Of a stretch of DNA of 64,000 bases, positions 48,608-58,201 are shown one piece after another. The position numbers and the translations under genes are program-made. Source of the stretch: a virus. The stretch lies in IMG/VR virus record IMGVR_UViG_3300046804_004104, positions 5,761 through 69,760 of that record; one strand, 5' to 3'. The notes beneath the pieces were generated by a model, which was given only the letters and a program-made list of their open reading frames with translations, made no database searches and was not told the DNA's origin. The number at the start of each line of letters is the position of its first letter. The first letter of the stretch is position 1.

Positions 48608-50038
48608 ATGTCACCACTTAATTCTTATTTTCTTCAAGGATCTCCGAGTGAGCAAAGACTTATTCAAGATCTAATCAACGAACAACTTAAAATGTATGGA
48701 CAGGATGTTCTATACATGCCTAGGAGGATTATTGGGGAAAATACGGTCATTAAAGAAGTCACCGCATCAAAGTTTGATGATAGTTTTCGTATTGAAGCCT
48801 ATCTAATGAACTTTGAGGGATTTAGTGGTAATGGAGATCTTCTTACAAAGTTTGGTGTCAGAAGTAATGATGAAATCAATCTTGTGATTTCAAAGGAAAG
48901 ATATGACGATTTTATTTCACCTTTATTAAAATTATGGCCAGAAGATGAAAGAAAAGTTGCATATAGACCACAAGAGGGAGATTTAATTTGGTTTCCTCTA
49001 GATGAGTCACTATTTGAAATTAAGTATGTTGAAGGTAAAAAACCATTCTATCAACTCAACAATCTCTATGTTTATGAATTAAGATGTGAAAGATTTGAAT
49101 ATGAAGATGAGATTATTGATGTTCCTGAGGTTGATCCTACTGGCATAGAGATCAATGAATCCATTAAAGATCTTGGAAATGTTTATACTATTCAAATGGT
49201 TGGAACAGGTGCCACTTCAGCCGTAGCAACTGTTGGATTTGCAACAACTGATCCAAATTCCAAATCAGTCCAGTATGTTGATCTTATCAATGATGGATTT
49301 GGATATTCTTTCCCACCTACAGTTTCCATATCTACTGCACCGTCTGGTGGTCTAACAGCAACTGCGGTTGCAATCATGACTAGTAGATCTACAAATCAAA
49401 AACTTGCAATTGATAGAATCCTCATTACAAATCCTGGATTTGGATATACTGAACCTCCAACAGTTACTATTTCTGGTGGTGGAGGAAGTGGTGGAATTGC
49501 AACTGCAGTAATTAATACAAGAGTTCTAGGAGTCATTGGAATTTCTTCTGGTGGTGTTGGATACACTACAACTCCTCAAGTTACAATCCAAAGAACCTTT
49601 ATCCCAACAAGTACAGGCATTTCCTCTAATATTAGAAATGCACAAGCTGAGGCAATTCTAAATTCTAATGGAGTAGTGGTTGCAATTCGTTATTCAAATG
49701 CTGGTGCTGGATATACATTTACTCCAACAATATCCTTCACAGATCCTACCGCAACTACATTTGGAGATTATGATTATAATGAAGTTGTTACTGGTTCTAG
49801 AACTGGTACAACTGGATATGTTAAGAGTTGGGATTATGTCAATAGAGTTCTTAAACTGTCAGTTGTTGATGGAACTTTTGCACGAGGAGAGGCTATAGTT
49901 GGTGCAGCTGCAAGTTATAAGGTTTCAAGTGTTCAAACAAATGAATTCTTAGACCTATATGCAGAAAATCTTGAAATTGAATTAGCTGCTGATCAAATTC
50001 TTGATTTTAGTCAAAAGAACCCATTTGGTGAATACTAA
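48608..50038 (+). CDS. gp14: neck protein gp14 with repeat insertion
   Basis: EQRLIQDLINEQLKMYGQDVLYMPR, RPQEGDLIWFP, LFEIKYVE..KPFYQL and DFSQKNPFGEY; internal G.GY..PP.V.IS repeats. Confidence 0.93.
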   Translation: MSPLNSYFLQGSPSEQRLIQDLINEQLKMYGQDVLYMPRRIIGENTVIKEVTASKFDDSFRIEAYLMNFEGFSGNGDLLTKFGVRSNDEINLVISKERYDDFISPLLKLWPEDERKVAYRPQEGDLIWFPLDESLFEIKYVEGKKPFYQLNNLYVYELRCERFEYEDEIIDVPEVDPTGIEINESIKDLGNVYTIQMVGTGATSAVATVGFATTDPNSKSVQYVDLINDGFGYSFPPTVSISTAPSGGLTATAVAIMTSRSTNQKLAIDRILITNPGFGYTEPPTVTISGGGGSGGIATAVINTRVLGVIGISSGGVGYTTTPQVTIQRTFIPTSTGISSNIRNAQAEAILNSNGVVVAIRYSNAGAGYTFTPTISFTDPTATTFGDYDYNEVVTGSRTGTTGYVKSWDYVNRVLKLSVVDGTFARGEAIVGAAASYKVSSVQTNEFLDLYAENLEIELAADQILDFSQKNPFGEY

Positions 50039-50041
50039 ATA
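50034..50041 (+). promoter_or_regulatory. late promoter variant ACTAAATA
   Basis: Overlaps the gp14 stop, 25 nt before gp15. Confidence 0.55.
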
Positions 50042-50066
50042 ATTATTACTCTTCATAAAACTTGTA

Positions 50067-51116
50067 ATGATCTCAAATTATTTTTACCACGAAATATTGA
50101 GAAAGACCATAGTGGCTTTCGGTACTCTTTTTAATAATATTCAAATCAAGCATAAAGATAATGCAGGAGATGATTTCAGTATTATTACAGTTCCAATTGC
50201 TTATGGTCCTGTTCAAAAATTCTTAGCAAGAATCGAGCAAGTTCCAGATTTAAAAAAGAGAGTTGCAATCACCCTTCCTAGAATGTCTTTTGAAATGACT
50301 GGGATTTCTTATGATTCTGGTAGAAAATCTTCTACTATGCAAACTTTTAAAGCTTTAGATCAGGCAAACAATGAACTAACAAAAGTTTTTATGCCTGTTC
50401 CATATAATGTTAATTTTAGACTTTCAATAATGTCTAAACTGAATGAGGATGCTTTGCAAGTTGTAGAACAAATATTACCTTATTTTCAACCACATTTTAA
50501 TTTAACTGTAGACTTGGTTTCTAGTATTGGTGAAAAAAGAGATATTCCAATGATTCTTGAAAGAATTTCAATGGATGATCAATATGAAGGTGACTTTACG
50601 ACAAGAAGAGTTTTGGTGTACACACTAGATTTCGTTGCTAAGACTTATCTATTCGGACCAGTTGGAACACCAAATGATGCATTGATCAAACAGGTTCAAG
50701 TTGATTATTATACCAATACAAATAGAGTTAATGCATCTAGACAATTAAGATATGTTGCAGAAGCTAGGGCATTAAAAGATTATAATAACGATGAAACTAC
50801 TCAAATTACTGAAGATATCTCTGAAGATATAACTCAATTTGATGTTGTCGATGGATCAGTTTTACTTGAAAAAACATATATTATGATTGATTCCGAATCT
50901 ATGTTTATTCGTAAGATTTCTGGAAATACTCTGACCGTAACTAGAGGTCAAGATAATACTCCTATTACATCACATACAGCAGGAACTGCACTCAATGTAA
51001 TTAATGATGCTGACGATGAATTAATTGATCTTGATGATGACTTTGGATTTAGTGAATCTCGTTATGAATTTGGAGATGGTAAAGTTTATAGTACTACTAA
51101 AGGAATTGATCTATGA
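50067..51116 (+). CDS. gp15: tail sheath stabiliser / tail terminator gp15
   Basis: YFYHEILRKTIVAFGTLFNNI, VPIAYGP.QKFLAR, LPRMSFE and DALQVVEQILPYFQP. Confidence 0.95.
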   Translation: MISNYFYHEILRKTIVAFGTLFNNIQIKHKDNAGDDFSIITVPIAYGPVQKFLARIEQVPDLKKRVAITLPRMSFEMTGISYDSGRKSSTMQTFKALDQANNELTKVFMPVPYNVNFRLSIMSKLNEDALQVVEQILPYFQPHFNLTVDLVSSIGEKRDIPMILERISMDDQYEGDFTTRRVLVYTLDFVAKTYLFGPVGTPNDALIKQVQVDYYTNTNRVNASRQLRYVAEARALKDYNNDETTQITEDISEDITQFDVVDGSVLLEKTYIMIDSESMFIRKISGNTLTVTRGQDNTPITSHTAGTALNVINDADDELIDLDDDFGFSESRYEFGDGKVYSTTKGIDL

Positions 51117-51541
51117 GTTTTGAAGATATTGATAAAGCTTTGAATATTGAAACAACCCCAATTAAATCTGAAATTGTTAAAAGTGAACCTACTGCGATTA
51201 AACCTGCAGAATCTCTAGATCAAATTCAAAAAGATTATGAATATTCTAGAGGTCAACTCTACTCCATTATTGAAAAGGGTCAAGAGGCAATTAATGGAAT
51301 CCTAGAACTTGCACAAGAATCTGATTCTCCAAGAGCTTATGAGGTTGCTGGACAACTGATTAAAAATGTTGGAGATGTTACAGACAAACTCCTGGATCTT
51401 CAAAAGAAAATGAAAGATATTAATCAGGAACAAAAAGGATCTGCACCAACCAATGTCACCAATAATGCGGTATTTTTAGGATCTACTGCAGAACTTCAAA
51501 AGTTCTTAAAGAGTTCAATGAATCAAGATCTATCTAAATAA
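51113..51541 (+). CDS. gp16: terminase small subunit gp16
   Basis: DYEYSRGQLY..IEKGQEAI.GILELAQES.SPRAYEVAGQLIK and NNAVFLGSTAELQK. Confidence 0.93.
   Translation: MSFEDIDKALNIETTPIKSEIVKSEPTAIKPAESLDQIQKDYEYSRGQLYSIIEKGQEAINGILELAQESDSPRAYEVAGQLIKNVGDVTDKLLDLQKKMKDINQEQKGSAPTNVTNNAVFLGSTAELQKFLKSSMNQDLSK
51533..51540 (+). promoter_or_regulatory. late promoter variant TCTAAATA
   Basis: Overlaps the gp16 end, 24 nt before ATG 51565. Confidence 0.5.
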
Positions 51542-51564
51542 AAATAGGAAACTTATAAAAATAA

Positions 51565-53601
51565 ATGGATAAACTCACCTTTAAAGAGTGGTCTATTCTT
51601 TCAGACCTACAAACAATTGCACCTCTTGGAGAGGACTTTGAGTTTTCCATGGCTCGTGGAGAACTTAAAACTGCAAAGTCGGCCATTAGTAGATTGATGA
51701 AGCACCTAAATGGTGAAGGTGATTTAGAAGCATGGGTTCAATCAAAAATTACTAAGGCTGCAGAGTATCTTGATACAGTAGCTGACCACATGGATGGTGG
51801 TGAAGATGATACTAAAAGATTTTCAAAAAAAGAAGTAAAAGAAGGTTTCAAAGGCCATAAGTCGGTAGAAGAAATATCAAAAAAGCATAAAGTATCCCCA
51901 TCATTAATCCAAAAACAACTTGAGATGGGGATGAAAGTTGAACATGAACATACTACAGATAATGATGAGGCAATGGATATTGCATTGCAGCATTTAGATG
52001 AAATTCCAAATTACTACTCCAAACTTAAAAAGATGGAGAAAGTAAAGGAAGATTGGTCAGAAAAATATAAGAAGTCCATTGATTGTGATAATCCAAAAGG
52101 ATTTTCTCAGAGAGCTCATTGTCAAGGTCGTAAAAAAAGAATGAAAGAATCTGTTGAGATTCTAGATGCTGATGGAAATCTTTTTGCAACTATTATTGAC
52201 ATCATCAAGGGTAGCGATTATAAATTTAAAAGTTTTACTCAACCAGTATCAGAAAAATGTTGGGATGGATACAAACAAGTAGGAATGAAAAAGAAAGGTG
52301 AAAAGGTAGTTCCTAATTGTGTGAAGGAGGATTCTATTGATGAAAACAAGAGTGGTGATAGTTCTTTGCATGACTGGTTTACTAAGAGTCGCTCTTCTGA
52401 TGGCACCCCTGGTTGGGTTCAATTGGGTGGTAAACACGCAGGAGAACCCTGTGCAAAACAACCAGGACAAACAACCAAACCAAAGTGTGGTTCAAGTAAA
52501 ATGAAAGCAGACCTCTCCGATAAGGAAGAGGAGAGTGCATTCCGTCGTAAGAATCAGGAAGATCCAAATCCCGATAGAAAGGGTAAAGCAAAGATGGTTG
52601 CGACTGAAGAAAATACTCCCATTTTCCCCATTAAAGAACCTGGTGTAAAAAGAAGTAGTGAATCACATCCACGACATAATATTGGATTTCCACATGGAAC
52701 GGCAATAAAATATGCTACTCTACTTAGAAAAAGAAAAGAAAAACCCGCAAAAGAATATGAAAAAAAAGGTGAAAAGAAAAAAAAAGTTGATGCTGCACAA
52801 AAACATTTAGATAGAATTTATAAGGTATTTGAGGAAAAAAAATCTGATTCAAAAGATGCATGTTATTCAAAGGTAAAATCTCGTTATAAAGTTTGGCCAT
52901 CCGCATATGCATCTGGAGCTCTAGTTAAGTGTCGTAAAGTTGGTGCAAAGAACTGGGGCACTAAATCTGAAAACATGAGTTATAGTGATACTGATGATTT
53001 AGACAATAAAGATAGAATAGCAGTTCGTGATACACATCTCCATTCACATAAAGATTCGATCAGATATTGTCCTATGTGTCAAAGGAATGAAAAGGCGGCA
53101 GAATGTAAATATGGAGAAAAATATTGGAAAATGTTTTCTACATTGACACAATTCCATCCAAAAGAGTTTAGTATTGCAAAAGTACATCCAGCAAATGAAG
53201 ATGTAAGTTTTGAAATCGGTGCAGGACACAGACAAGCACAAAGACAAGCAAAGATCAGAAATCTTGCAACAGGAACAACAAATAAAGGTGAAAAGGATGC
53301 AGCAATGAGAAAACTTTCTGGACCATCTTTACCTCTTGCGGATTCTGTAATTAATCCAGGACAAATTACGAACGAGGACTATCAACGGATACAATCTACT
53401 GGTAATGTTTATACTATACTCTTCTCATGGAGAGGTAGACCAATGATGAATCTTCAACTCTTCTTCCCAAATATGAAGAGACCCTCTAAAGATGAAGTAA
53501 AAACGGAAATTGAGAAGTTCTATCCAGGCGCAGTTATAATGCAGTGGTATCCAAGTCCTACTGATCCATCTAAACCAATTGTAGTTATTCAAGGTAAATG
53601 A
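51565..53601 (+). CDS. Lys/Glu-rich mosaic protein of short Cys-pair modules (possible internal head polyprotein)
   Basis: 678 aa; modules include GMKVEHEHT...IALQHLDEIPNYY (DUF5661-like), CDNPKGFSQRAHC, CWDGY..VPNC, CYSKVK..YASGALVKC and YCPMC. Confidence 0.7.
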   Translation: MDKLTFKEWSILSDLQTIAPLGEDFEFSMARGELKTAKSAISRLMKHLNGEGDLEAWVQSKITKAAEYLDTVADHMDGGEDDTKRFSKKEVKEGFKGHKSVEEISKKHKVSPSLIQKQLEMGMKVEHEHTTDNDEAMDIALQHLDEIPNYYSKLKKMEKVKEDWSEKYKKSIDCDNPKGFSQRAHCQGRKKRMKESVEILDADGNLFATIIDIIKGSDYKFKSFTQPVSEKCWDGYKQVGMKKKGEKVVPNCVKEDSIDENKSGDSSLHDWFTKSRSSDGTPGWVQLGGKHAGEPCAKQPGQTTKPKCGSSKMKADLSDKEEESAFRRKNQEDPNPDRKGKAKMVATEENTPIFPIKEPGVKRSSESHPRHNIGFPHGTAIKYATLLRKRKEKPAKEYEKKGEKKKKVDAAQKHLDRIYKVFEEKKSDSKDACYSKVKSRYKVWPSAYASGALVKCRKVGAKNWGTKSENMSYSDTDDLDNKDRIAVRDTHLHSHKDSIRYCPMCQRNEKAAECKYGEKYWKMFSTLTQFHPKEFSIAKVHPANEDVSFEIGAGHRQAQRQAKIRNLATGTTNKGEKDAAMRKLSGPSLPLADSVINPGQITNEDYQRIQSTGNVYTILFSWRGRPMMNLQLFFPNMKRPSKDEVKTEIEKFYPGAVIMQWYPSPTDPSKPIVVIQGK

Positions 53602-53602
53602 A

Positions 53603-53779
53603 ATGTCAATTGATCCTGACGATATTAAATTAACTGATATCAATAAAATGCTCGTTTATGAACAACAGGCAAGAATTATAGATAAATTAGATGGAGAAGA
53701 GGCAAGGCAATTTGCAAAAGCTTATTGCAAACTATTTCTACAACAACAGGAAGCGGTAGCAAATTTAGCAAAATTATAA
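53603..53779 (+). CDS. 58-aa two-helix protein, NblA-like (not in ORF track)
   Basis: MSIDPDDIKLTDINKMLVYEQQARIIDKLDGEEARQFAKAYCKLFLQQQEAVANLAKL; fills the gap before gp17. The ORF is well supported; the NblA likeness is by size and pattern only. Confidence 0.6.
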   Translation: MSIDPDDIKLTDINKMLVYEQQARIIDKLDGEEARQFAKAYCKLFLQQQEAVANLAKL

Positions 53780-53788
53780 TTTTATAAT

Positions 53789-55438
53789 ATGAGTGATCAG
53801 GTATATCTTGGTAATCCCAATCTTAAGAAGGCTAATGTAGCCGTAGAATTTACACAGGAACAAATTCTTGAATTTGTCAGATGCAAGAATGATCCTGTGT
53901 ATTTTGCTAAAAATTACATCAAGATTGTTTCACTGGATTATGGTGAGATACCATTTAAGATGTATCCTTTTCAGGAGAAGTTGATCAATAATTTCCATAA
54001 TAACCGATTCAATATTTGTAGAATGCCTCGTCAGACAGGTAAATCTACAACTTGTGTTTCATATTTGTTACATTATGCGGTATTCAATGATAATGTCAAC
54101 ATAGCTATTCTAGCCAACAAGGCATCCACTGCACAGGATCTACTCAGTAGATTACAATTTGCATATGAGAAACTGCCAAAGTGGATGCAACAAGGTATTG
54201 TATCATGGAATAAAAGATCGTTAGAACTAGAAAATGGTTCCAAAATTATCGCAGCGTCTACTTCTGCATCTGCTGTCCGAGGCGGATCATATAATGTCAT
54301 CTTTTTGGACGAATTCGCGTTCATCCCAAATCACATTGCTGATGAATTCTTTGCCTCTGTTTATCCTACTATTTCGTCAGGCCAAAGCACAAAAGTCTTG
54401 ATTGTTTCTACCCCAAAGGGTATGAATCACTTCTATCGTATCTGGCACGATGCGGAAAGAGGTAAAAATGAATACATACCCACTGATGTTCATTGGTCTG
54501 AGGTTCCTGGTAGAGATGAGAAGTGGAAAGCCCAGACCATTGCAAACACATCTGAACAGCAGTTCAAGGTTGAGTTTGAGTGCGAATTCTTAGGATCTGT
54601 TGATACTCTTGTATCTGCAGCAAAACTCAGATCCTTAGTCTATGATGATCCGATTAAATCCAATGCAGGTTTAGACATCTATGAAGAACCTCAAAAGGAT
54701 CATAATTATGTTTTAACGGTAGATGTAGCTCGTGGTGTAGAAAAAGACTATTCAGCATTTACTATTTGCGATACAACAGCATTTCCATATCGTCTTGTAG
54801 CAAAATACAGAGACAATCAAATCAAACCGATGTTGTTTCCTAGTATCATCAAAGATCTTGCAGTTGCTTATAATAAAGCATACATTCTTGTGGAAGTTAA
54901 CGATATTGGAGAACAAGTTGGTCAGATTCTCCATATGGATTTGGAGTACGATAATGTCTTAATGTGTACGATGAGAGGTCGTGCAGGACAACTAGTTGGT
55001 CAGGGATTTTCTGGAAAGAAATCTCAGATGGGAGTTAAGATGTCCAAAAATGTCAAAAAGATTGGATGCATGAATCTTAAGACATTAATCGAAGGTGATA
55101 AACTCATCATTAAGGATTATGATACTATTAGTGAACTAACAACCTTTATTCAAAAGTCAAATTCTTTTGAAGCGGAAGATGGTTGTAATGATGACCTTGC
55201 AATGTGTCTGGTAATTTTTGCGTGGTTAATTGCACAACCATATTTTAAAGAAATGACGGACAATGATGTCCGTAAAAGATTATATGAAGAACAGAAGAAT
55301 CAAATTGAACAGGACATGGCTCCATTTGGTTTTATTTCTGATGGTTTAGATGGTGGTGAAAGTTTTGTAGATGGAGATGGAGATCGTTGGCATATTGATG
55401 AATATGGCGATAGATCATTTATGTGGGATTATAGATAA
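53789..55438 (+). CDS. gp17: terminase large subunit gp17
   Basis: YLGNPNLKKA, Walker A PRQTGKST, Walker B VIFLDEFAF, IVSTPKG and nuclease VDVARG...DYS and DDLAM. Confidence 0.97.
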   Translation: MSDQVYLGNPNLKKANVAVEFTQEQILEFVRCKNDPVYFAKNYIKIVSLDYGEIPFKMYPFQEKLINNFHNNRFNICRMPRQTGKSTTCVSYLLHYAVFNDNVNIAILANKASTAQDLLSRLQFAYEKLPKWMQQGIVSWNKRSLELENGSKIIAASTSASAVRGGSYNVIFLDEFAFIPNHIADEFFASVYPTISSGQSTKVLIVSTPKGMNHFYRIWHDAERGKNEYIPTDVHWSEVPGRDEKWKAQTIANTSEQQFKVEFECEFLGSVDTLVSAAKLRSLVYDDPIKSNAGLDIYEEPQKDHNYVLTVDVARGVEKDYSAFTICDTTAFPYRLVAKYRDNQIKPMLFPSIIKDLAVAYNKAYILVEVNDIGEQVGQILHMDLEYDNVLMCTMRGRAGQLVGQGFSGKKSQMGVKMSKNVKKIGCMNLKTLIEGDKLIIKDYDTISELTTFIQKSNSFEAEDGCNDDLAMCLVIFAWLIAQPYFKEMTDNDVRKRLYEEQKNQIEQDMAPFGFISDGLDGGESFVDGDGDRWHIDEYGDRSFMWDYR

Positions 55439-55668
55439 TGGACTTTGATGATCAGTTTGAATTAGAACACTTATTTCTTACTGAAAGGAAATGTAGGGTT
55501 TGTGGGCAAACTAAAGATCTTATAGATGGATTTTACTTAACCCGTAAAGGTAGAGGTGATATAGCGTCTGCATATTCTTATGAATGTAAGTTATGTACTA
55601 TTTTTAGAATAAAGAATAGTAGAAAAATAAAAATTACTCATCATAAATGGGAATATCCTGACTGGTAG
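55438..55668 (+). CDS. small Zn-finger protein (CxxC...ECxxC)
   Basis: RKCRVCG.TK.LIDGFY...SAYSYECKLC; usual small gene between gp17 and gp18 in cyanomyoviruses. Confidence 0.8.
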   Translation: MDFDDQFELEHLFLTERKCRVCGQTKDLIDGFYLTRKGRGDIASAYSYECKLCTIFRIKNSRKIKITHHKWEYPDW

Positions 55669-55708
55669 GTTGTTCATTAGCGATTTCCCCATTATAAAGT
55701 AAGCAAAT

Positions 55709-55716
55709 AATAAATA
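55709..55716 (+). promoter_or_regulatory. late promoter AATAAATA
   Basis: In the gap before gp18. Confidence 0.65.
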
Positions 55717-55752
55717 TTTGTAGTCAAGTTGAAACTCTTTAGAGGGAAAGAC

Positions 55753-58164
55753 ATGTCGCTAAACTTAGTATCACCAGGCATAAAGGTCAGAGAGATTGAT
55801 CTTACTGTAGGCAGAATAGATGCAGTAAACGAACAAATCGGGGCCTTTGTCGGACCTTTCCAAAAGGGTCCAGTAGATGTTCCCGTTCTTGTCGAAACGG
55901 AAAAGGATTTATTAAACACATTTGGTAAACCATTAAACAATGACAATCAGTACGAGTACTGGTTGACTGCATCTTCATATCTTTCATATGGAGGAGTATT
56001 AAGAGTAATTAGATCCGACTCTTCTTTATTGAAAAATGCAAACTATCCGGTATCCTCTCCAGTTAGTTTAAAAATCAAAAATCAAGAAGACTATAATAAT
56101 AACTACGCATCTGCAACAGATTGGATTTTTGCTTCTAAAGATCCAGGATCATGGGCAAATGGATTAAAAGTTTGCACAATCGATAATGCAGCAGATCAAA
56201 GAGTTGCTATCGGTACTTATGGTATTTCTGCTGGATATGCAATAACTTGCGGAATTTCGACCAGTTATGCATCTGCTTCTGGCACTGTAGAAACTTTTAA
56301 TGGATTTGTTAAGGGAATAGTAACTAAAGTCAATAAAAATAATATCGATGTTAAAATTGTTAGTTTGCATAATATAGATACCGGAGTATCTACTGAGGCA
56401 TCTTATAGTTCTTCTGGATTAGGAAGAATTCTTGGAGGATCTTTCCAGTATTGGCAAATTTTTGATAATGTTGGTACTGCTACATCACTGGAGAAGTTTA
56501 GACTCGATAACAATGCTACTGTGGGAGTAGGATCAACTGTGGTTACTGTCCCAACAGAATTGACTAGTATTGTTCAAGCGAATAGTTTGATTTCTGTTGG
56601 AGATTTAATCCAAACTCTAAATGGAGCTTTATCTGCAAGAGTTACTGGAATTAGTACGGGTCAAATTTTACTGGATAGTACTTCTCCAATTTCTTTTGCA
56701 TCAACAACATTGGTTGTTAGATATACAAGAAATGTTTTAGATCAGACAACAAATAAAGGTGAAGGTCTTTTCACAAAAGCAGACAACACTGCTATTGATT
56801 GGTATGAGCAACAGACTTTGGGATTAACAAATAATGTAATTTATTGGAAATCAATTGCACCAAAACCAGGAACATCTCAGTATGCTAAAGAAAGAGGTGG
56901 AAAAAATGATGAGATTCATGTTGTCGTTGTTGATGATACTGGATCCGTAACTGGAGTTTCTGGAAATATTCTAGAAAAATATACAAATTTAAGTAAGGGA
57001 TTTGATGCAAAGATTTCTCCATCGGAAAACATTTATTATAAAAACTACTTAGCAAATACTTCTGCTTATGTGTTTGCTGGAACTAGCGATGCTCTATCTG
57101 GAAATAGTTTCACTACTCTTACTGGATATACTCAGACTAGTGGTGGCACTATTGCTTGGGGACAAAATTGCACGGGTGTAAATTTTGGTTCCTCGGGAAA
57201 TAAATCTTATACTTTAAGCGGTGGATATGACTATTCTTCAGGATCTGGAGGAATGTCAATTTCATTATCTGATGTACTAAATTCATATGAAATTTTTAGA
57301 AATCCAGCAGAGTATGATGTTAATTTCTTAATTGCTGGTCCAGATGGAGGAAGTACTGTATTTGAAGCTCAAGCAAAAGCTAATAGACTAATAGATATTG
57401 CAGAGTCAAGAAAAGATTGTATTGCTTGCATCTCCCCAAGAAGATCTGGAATTATTGGTGTATCAAATAGCGATACTCAAACCACTAACATTATTAATTT
57501 CTTTGATTCCGTCACATCTTCTTCTTATGCAGTATTTGATTCTGGTTATAAGTATATGTTTGATAGATTCAATAATGAGTTCAGATATATTCCATTAAAC
57601 GGAGATATTGCTGGACTTATGGCGAGAACATCTATTAATAACTATGCTTGGTTCTCTCCAGCTGGAGCTTCGAGAGGTGTAATAAACAACGCTATCAAAC
57701 TTGCATATAATCCATCTCAACCACAAAGAGATCTTCTCTATCCTAAGAGAATTAACCCAGTAATCTTCTCCCCAGGTGCAGGAATCATTCTCTTTGGAGA
57801 CAAGACTGGACTTTCAGTTGCAAGTGCATTTGATAGAATTAATGTTCGTCGCCTGTTCTTAACGGTTGAAGATACGATTTCTAGAGCTGCTAAGGCACAA
57901 CTCTTTGAATTCAATGATGTTATTACAAGATCAAACTTCGTAAATATTGTTGAACCATATCTCCGTGATGTTAAGTCAAAGAGAGGAATCACAGATTTCT
58001 TAGTTGTTTGCGATGAATCAAATAATACTCCAGATGTGATTGACGCAAATCAATTTAGGGCTGATATTTTCATCAAACCTGCAAGATCAATTAACTTTAT
58101 TGGTCTCACTTTTGTTGCTAATAGAACTGGTATTAGCTTTGAAGAGGTTGTTGGAACCGTTTAA
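55753..58164 (+). CDS. gp18: tail sheath protein gp18
   Basis: ATG 55753 after GAGGG SD; LVSPGIKVREIDLT, WFSPAG..RG, GIILFGDKT and SAFDRINVRRLF. Confidence 0.97.
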   Translation: MSLNLVSPGIKVREIDLTVGRIDAVNEQIGAFVGPFQKGPVDVPVLVETEKDLLNTFGKPLNNDNQYEYWLTASSYLSYGGVLRVIRSDSSLLKNANYPVSSPVSLKIKNQEDYNNNYASATDWIFASKDPGSWANGLKVCTIDNAADQRVAIGTYGISAGYAITCGISTSYASASGTVETFNGFVKGIVTKVNKNNIDVKIVSLHNIDTGVSTEASYSSSGLGRILGGSFQYWQIFDNVGTATSLEKFRLDNNATVGVGSTVVTVPTELTSIVQANSLISVGDLIQTLNGALSARVTGISTGQILLDSTSPISFASTTLVVRYTRNVLDQTTNKGEGLFTKADNTAIDWYEQQTLGLTNNVIYWKSIAPKPGTSQYAKERGGKNDEIHVVVVDDTGSVTGVSGNILEKYTNLSKGFDAKISPSENIYYKNYLANTSAYVFAGTSDALSGNSFTTLTGYTQTSGGTIAWGQNCTGVNFGSSGNKSYTLSGGYDYSSGSGGMSISLSDVLNSYEIFRNPAEYDVNFLIAGPDGGSTVFEAQAKANRLIDIAESRKDCIACISPRRSGIIGVSNSDTQTTNIINFFDSVTSSSYAVFDSGYKYMFDRFNNEFRYIPLNGDIAGLMARTSINNYAWFSPAGASRGVINNAIKLAYNPSQPQRDLLYPKRINPVIFSPGAGIILFGDKTGLSVASAFDRINVRRLFLTVEDTISRAAKAQLFEFNDVITRSNFVNIVEPYLRDVKSKRGITDFLVVCDESNNTPDVIDANQFRADIFIKPARSINFIGLTFVANRTGISFEEVVGTV

Positions 58165-58201
58165 TTTTTCAAAACATCAATCCCTACAGAGGTAAAAACA
58201 A

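Noticed and set aside
55729-55752. TTG start for gp18
   Set aside because: The SD (GAGGG) and the conserved LVSPG start point to ATG 55753.
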